A DNA stretch of 64,000 bases from contig OZ024744.1 in NCBI GenBank assembly GCA_964016885.1, forward strand, positions 7,254,001 to 7,318,000, in the 5' to 3' direction. Source of the stretch: Eledone cirrhosa. Its lineage: Eukaryota. This document shows positions 58,395 through 64,000 of the stretch, in pieces. Each line of letters opens with the position of its first letter. Positions within the stretch are counted from its first letter, which is position 1. Made by a program: the position numbers and the translations under genes. Under the pieces are notes generated by a model. The model had not been told where the DNA came from. It worked only from the letters and a program-made list of their open reading frames with translations, and did not search any database.

Positions 58395-58767
58395 ATATTG
58401 TAATACTTTGGGAGGGTCATGTTGCCAATAAGAAACACACGCACCAGTAGGTTTCACTTCAATTTATTATAAATTTCCGGTTGGTTGGTTGGTTCCACAA
58501 CCGGACTGTTGTTCATATATTGTCAAAGTTCTTTCGTCACACATTATGTGATCTCTTCAGTGAATCCTCAGTCACTGAAGAGGTCACAAAATGTGTGACG
58601 AAAGAACGTTAACAATATATGAACAACAGTCCGGTTGTGGAACCAACCAACCAGCCGGGGTTTATAAATTTTTAAATTTATAATTTAATTTATAATAAAT
58701 TGAAGTGAAAGCAACTGGTGCGTGTTTTTCTTATTGGCAACATGACCCTCGCAAAGTATAACAATAT
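58395..58767. repeat. ~370-bp imperfect palindrome with an 8-nt spacer and hammerhead-like cores; probably Penelope-like terminal-repeat derived
   Basis: Arm 58395-58563 is the reverse complement of 58572-58767 (e.g. GAGGGTCATGTTGCCAATAAGAAA / TTTCTTATTGGCAACATGACCCTC). The right arm carries a short AT-rich insertion. CTGAAGA at 58575-58581 and GAAA at 58600-58603. Confidence 0.9.
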
Positions 58768-58835
58768 ATATATATATATATATATATAAAATGAGACACA
58801 AAGCAGGCTTTGTTTAGAAACAGCTAGCGAATTTG

Positions 58836-59092
58836 AAAATTAGGAAGTAACATGTGCTTACGCCGTATTTGACTACATAGAATTAATCTGTTAGTTGGAA
58901 TTTTCAAAAGCTCTCTGAATGGGTGGCATGTTGGTGTAATGGTAACAAATTCGTCCGGTAACCAAAGATGTGGGTTCGTGTTCCATATACGTTAATACTT
59001 ATCCCTTTTTTCCATTCAGAGGGTTTTTTATAATCCCAATAGACTAATTCTGTGGTCAAATACGGCGTAAGCACATGTTACTACCTAATTTT
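58836..59092 (+). mobile_element. 257-bp MITE-like element with ~48-bp terminal inverted repeats enclosing a tRNA-like core
   Basis: AAAATTAGGAAGTAACATGTGCTTACGCCGTATTTGACTAC (from 58836) versus GTGGTCAAATACGGCGTAAGCACATGTTACTACCTAATTTT (to 59092). The core at ~58924-58994 has TGGTGTAATGG and GGGTTCGTGTTCC. Confidence 0.8.
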
Positions 59093-59093
59093 G

Positions 59094-59246
<153 letters not shown>

Positions 59247-59837
59247 TGAACGTAAGGTTTCTTTACATATAAGTCATACGAATGAAAATATTGGAAAAAG
59301 AAGTTGAAAATGTGATTGGAATTTTAAGAAGATTTATTTACAATAATTTTCCTGATTTCATAGTTTTATTATCTACGAAATTGACAAGTGAGATTTAAAT
59401 ATTTCTCTCCCCCACCCAACTAACACACACAAGTAAATGAAATAGTAGTTCAGTTGATTTTGGGGGAATAGTCACTCTCAATGGTCACTGAAGATTCTTT
59501 ACACTTCACCGAAATAGATAGGAATTATAAACATGTTCATTGAATTTTTGAACGAATAAAATTCTATGTCTAACCCCGTGATCATCAACACTTGGCGCAA
59601 GATTTCTATACATAACCACGTGATTATCTTCAACCAATCAAAGTGCACTTTAAACAGTATGCAATCTGAACCAGTTTTTGTACAAAACAGAAAGGATTTC
59701 CCAACACGAATCATATGCGGGACACATCAGCACATAACCAAACATCTCTCCATATCAATTAACTATATCAAATCACGTAAAGTTATTTTAAATAAATCTT
59801 TGAAATAAATTTGCAATTGCATTTTTAAGTTCCTTTT

Positions 59838-60031
<194 letters not shown>

Positions 60032-60861
60032 TAAACAAATAATGAATAAAACAATGAAACAGTTCCTTATATTAAACAAAAAAAGTTCATTATTTAACGA
60101 TCGTTTCTAGGATATATATGTGTTAGAATTGGCATGCATATTCAACAGATCTATGTACAAAATTATACAAAATTATACAAACTATCAAGATTAAATATAC
60201 ATACCAAACACACATATACGCCGTCTTCAGAAATAATGAAATATATTTATTGATAATAACAACAATTCAAAATTTCAGGTCCGTTTGGGAACAAAATTGA
60301 CCAATGAAAATACAAAAGGTTTTATGCAGTTTGGCGTGTGTATATACATGTAACTACCCCGTACACATATTTATACAAAGATGTATGCTCAACATGCATA
60401 CGCATGCCAAAAAGATGCATGCAAATACAAAATTTCAAGGTTAATGTCTCTGTAAGTTTATAATGCACAGATAAGATGCGTATAGACACATAAATATGAA
60501 ATAAGTGTATACACATATTCTCATACTCACACATATCCGTACACTCACACACACGCGCGCGTATATGTATAAACATACACATAATTACGAACATACATAC
60601 ACACACACACCCCCACACACATATATATATGTGGATATAATATTATCATAAGCACATGGATATTAATTCACTCACATAAACACTGCCACACACATTTAGA
60701 TCAAGATACAGAAATTAGGTGGGAGGGGGGGAGAGGTCAGTATTCAACAGTTTGGGCAGACTGCTTATTTATAGATGTATCTATAAACTAAGAAATAAAA
60801 AATAAAAATTAAAAAGGAAAGAAAAGAAAAAGAAAAAAGAAAAAAGAAATATATCAAGAAA

Positions 60862-60888
60862 ATATATATATATATATATATATACATA

Positions 60889-60928
<40 letters not shown>

Positions 60929-61010
60929 CACACATCTACACTTAGAACACACATACACACACATATATAAACATATACATATACACACATACACACATAT
61001 ACACACATAC

Positions 61011-61053
<43 letters not shown>

Positions 61054-61584
61054 TACACATATAATCACACATACATATATAGACACACATATATATACAC
61101 ATACACGCACATATATATACACATACATACTTATATACATACAGATATACACATACATACCTATATATACACACAAATACATACAGACATACATACATAC
61201 ATACACACAAATACTTACGCATCCATATATCGGTATATACATACAAACACCACTACACTCTCACACAACTCAGACATACAAAGAAAAAGGTATATACCTA
61301 TACACATATACACATACAAATAGAGATACATATACATATATATATATATATACACACACATATATATATATATATATACATACACATATACACACATATA
61401 TATATATACACATACATACATGTACTCACACATACATATACATACATACACACATACACACATACATATATAGTCATACACACACATACACCTACACGAA
61501 CATACACATACACATATATAAAGATATATATACTCACACACACATACACACACACACATATATATAAAAAATAAAGATATATAT

Positions 61585-61627
<43 letters not shown>

Positions 61628-62213
61628 CACATATACATAGACATATATGTACATACATACACATACATACATACATATACACACATATATATATATATAT
61701 ATACACACATAGACACATACATACATACACACACAACATACATACACACACATATATACTCATACATAGACATAGATATATATTCATACATACATACGCA
61801 CTTACATATACTCATATATACAAATACATACGCATCCATATATGCGTATATACATACAAACACCACTACACTCTCACACAACTCAGACATACAAAGAAAA
61901 AGGTATATACATATACATATATACACACATTAATAGAGATACATATACACATATATATATATATATCACATACATTTATATATATACACCCACACACACA
62001 TACAACCATAAACACACATACAAACACACACATACACACATATATACATACATATATATACACACACACAAAAAAAACACACATACACATATATTTTTTT
62101 ACACATATATATCCATATATATACATATACACACCCTCACATATACACACATACACATAAGTTATATTATAATAATAAATAATATATATATATATATACA
62201 CACATAGATATAC

Positions 62214-62249
<36 letters not shown>

Positions 62250-62423
62250 TCACATATATATGTGCGCACACGTACATATATACACATACACACATATACA
62301 CATAAACATATACATGTGCATACATGTACATACACACATATAGCCACATAGATACGAAGATAGACATATATATAGAGAGACATACATATATATACACATA
62401 TATATATACACATACATACACAC

Positions 62424-62454
<31 letters not shown>

Positions 62455-62570
62455 TACACGCCCACACACATATACACATATACACATATATATAAACACA
62501 TACACATACATATACACATGCATATATACACGTATATATATATATATACACACATATATATACACACACA
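60862..62570. repeat. ~1.7-kb degenerate CA/TA low-complexity tract
   Basis: Near-continuous purine/pyrimidine alternation. All ORFs here are I/Y/C/V/M or T/H repeats. Confidence 0.95.
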
Positions 62571-63244
62571 ATCTTACATTCTTATTTGCATGCGCATATA
62601 TGTATTTTTATATTCAGATATAAATACCCAAACATATATACACCTACCTACATATATATTCATACATACACGCTTACAAACACAGATGATAATAGTATGG
62701 GGGAAAGGGGGGGGGGGGTTGGAGAAGGGGATTATAGTAAATATATGTTTCAAGAAACATAGAATATTATCTGTATCTGGATCCCAATATATGTTTTTAA
62801 CATAGTTTCAGTGTTAGGAAATACAAGAAATAAGGCAAAATTATGCATTTCAAAATAAGTATACCATTAATTATATGTTAACTAAACTAAAGATAGTTAA
62901 CATATTGATTTCTAAGGTGTAAATTAGTTAGGTTTATAATATTTGAAGCAGAATTTTGAAGTTAAATAGTAGTAGAGTATTAATTATAGTATAACTAAAT
63001 TAAAGTTATTAACGTTATGGTATCAATATTAGGAAATGAATTTAGTAATAGGGAAAAAACAAATAAAGTATTACATCGGTAGTAGAATATAAATTATAGG
63101 TTAACTAAATTAAAAATTATATATTAATTTCTATAGTATATGTTAATTAGGTATATAATAAATAAAACAGATATTGTATTTTATCAATAGCAGAATATAA
63201 TTATATGCAAATAGAAATCAAAATTAATACATATACATATACAT

Positions 63245-63299
<55 letters not shown>

Positions 63300-63797
63300 C
63301 ACACATACATACACATACATATACATACATACATATACATATTTTTTCAAAAATTGCAAAGAATATATTAACTAGGTATACATCCAAAACACATCCCATT
63401 CTATGATTACATGACACTCTGCAATCCGTCTGTATAAGGATACTAATTTTAAGCCAATTAAATTAAATTTTTAGGTTGACTAAATTTAAAACCAAATTAT
63501 AAATATATTTCTAAAATGTATATTAATTAGGTCTATAATACTAAAAATTATTTCTCTGTCATTGGATACACGATATTTTGTTATATTTTATCTGTAAAGG
63601 AATTTTAATAAAAGGTTTAAATAAATTAAAATTAATCTATAAATTAAATTACTAAGTATATATTAGTAATATTTAAAGGTTTTTCACAATTTATGATTAC
63701 ACAATATTTTATATTCTCATCTGTAGTAGAATTTTAATTAAATTAAATTTATAGGTTAACTAACATTTAAATTAAATTAATTTCTAAAATAATGTTA

Positions 63798-64000
63798 TTA
63801 ATTAGGTTTATAATATTTAAATGTTTTTTTTAGTTTATGATTACACGATATAATTAATTCCTGTCGTTTATTTAATAGGATATCCTTAGATTTCATTATT
63901 TCAAATAGTTCTTGGGAACATAATCTACATTCATTTCTATTATTTTGATAAGGGGTGGCTCTTTTGAGCACACTCCAGGTCAAATCATATTCTATATTCT
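63798..64000 (-). mobile_element. C-terminus of a Penelope-like element ORF (GIY-YIG endonuclease end); runs off the right edge
   Basis: RIEYDLTWSVLKRATPYQNNRNECRLCSQELFEIMKSKDILLNKRQELIISCNHK matches the invertebrate PLE pattern W.il..a.pY....CxLC..E..I....LNKR.El...CxH. The GIY-YIG motif itself is outside the window. Confidence 0.78.

Noticed and set aside
59590-59642. TTGGCGC, CACGTG and CCAAT cluster resembling a promoter
   Set aside because: These are short motifs with no linked gene or CpG-rich context and are plausible by chance.

Overview
Eukaryotic, AT-rich, repeat-dominated DNA with no recognisable host gene. The SINE type, TA/CA microsatellites and retroelement mix suggest an octopus or other cephalopod genome (inference). 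Bases 1-43,563 are the right end of a large 26-bp satellite (about 1,675 monomers, consensus GTATATATAATTGTTTGATGTCA[GG/CA]T) with nested kb-scale higher-order repeats and a more diverged outer edge. All ORFs called there are artefacts. At 44.4-54.1 kb four same-orientation R4/Dong-clade non-LTR retrotransposons (RT, CCHC finger, restriction-like endonuclease) from three families each sit between (TAA)n tracts. One is nearly full length and all are disrupted. The remainder holds Nin/Deu-domain tRNA-SINEs, a CRE-like 3' fragment, RTE fragments, a ~370-bp palindrome with hammerhead-like cores, a TIR element enclosing a tRNA-like core, microsatellites, and the C-terminus of a Penelope-like endonuclease at the right edge. 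I cannot demonstrate a new biological system. The best leads are the satellite's architecture and E-box-centred variation, the Dong/SINE stack, and the 58.1-59.1 kb inverted-repeat cluster.
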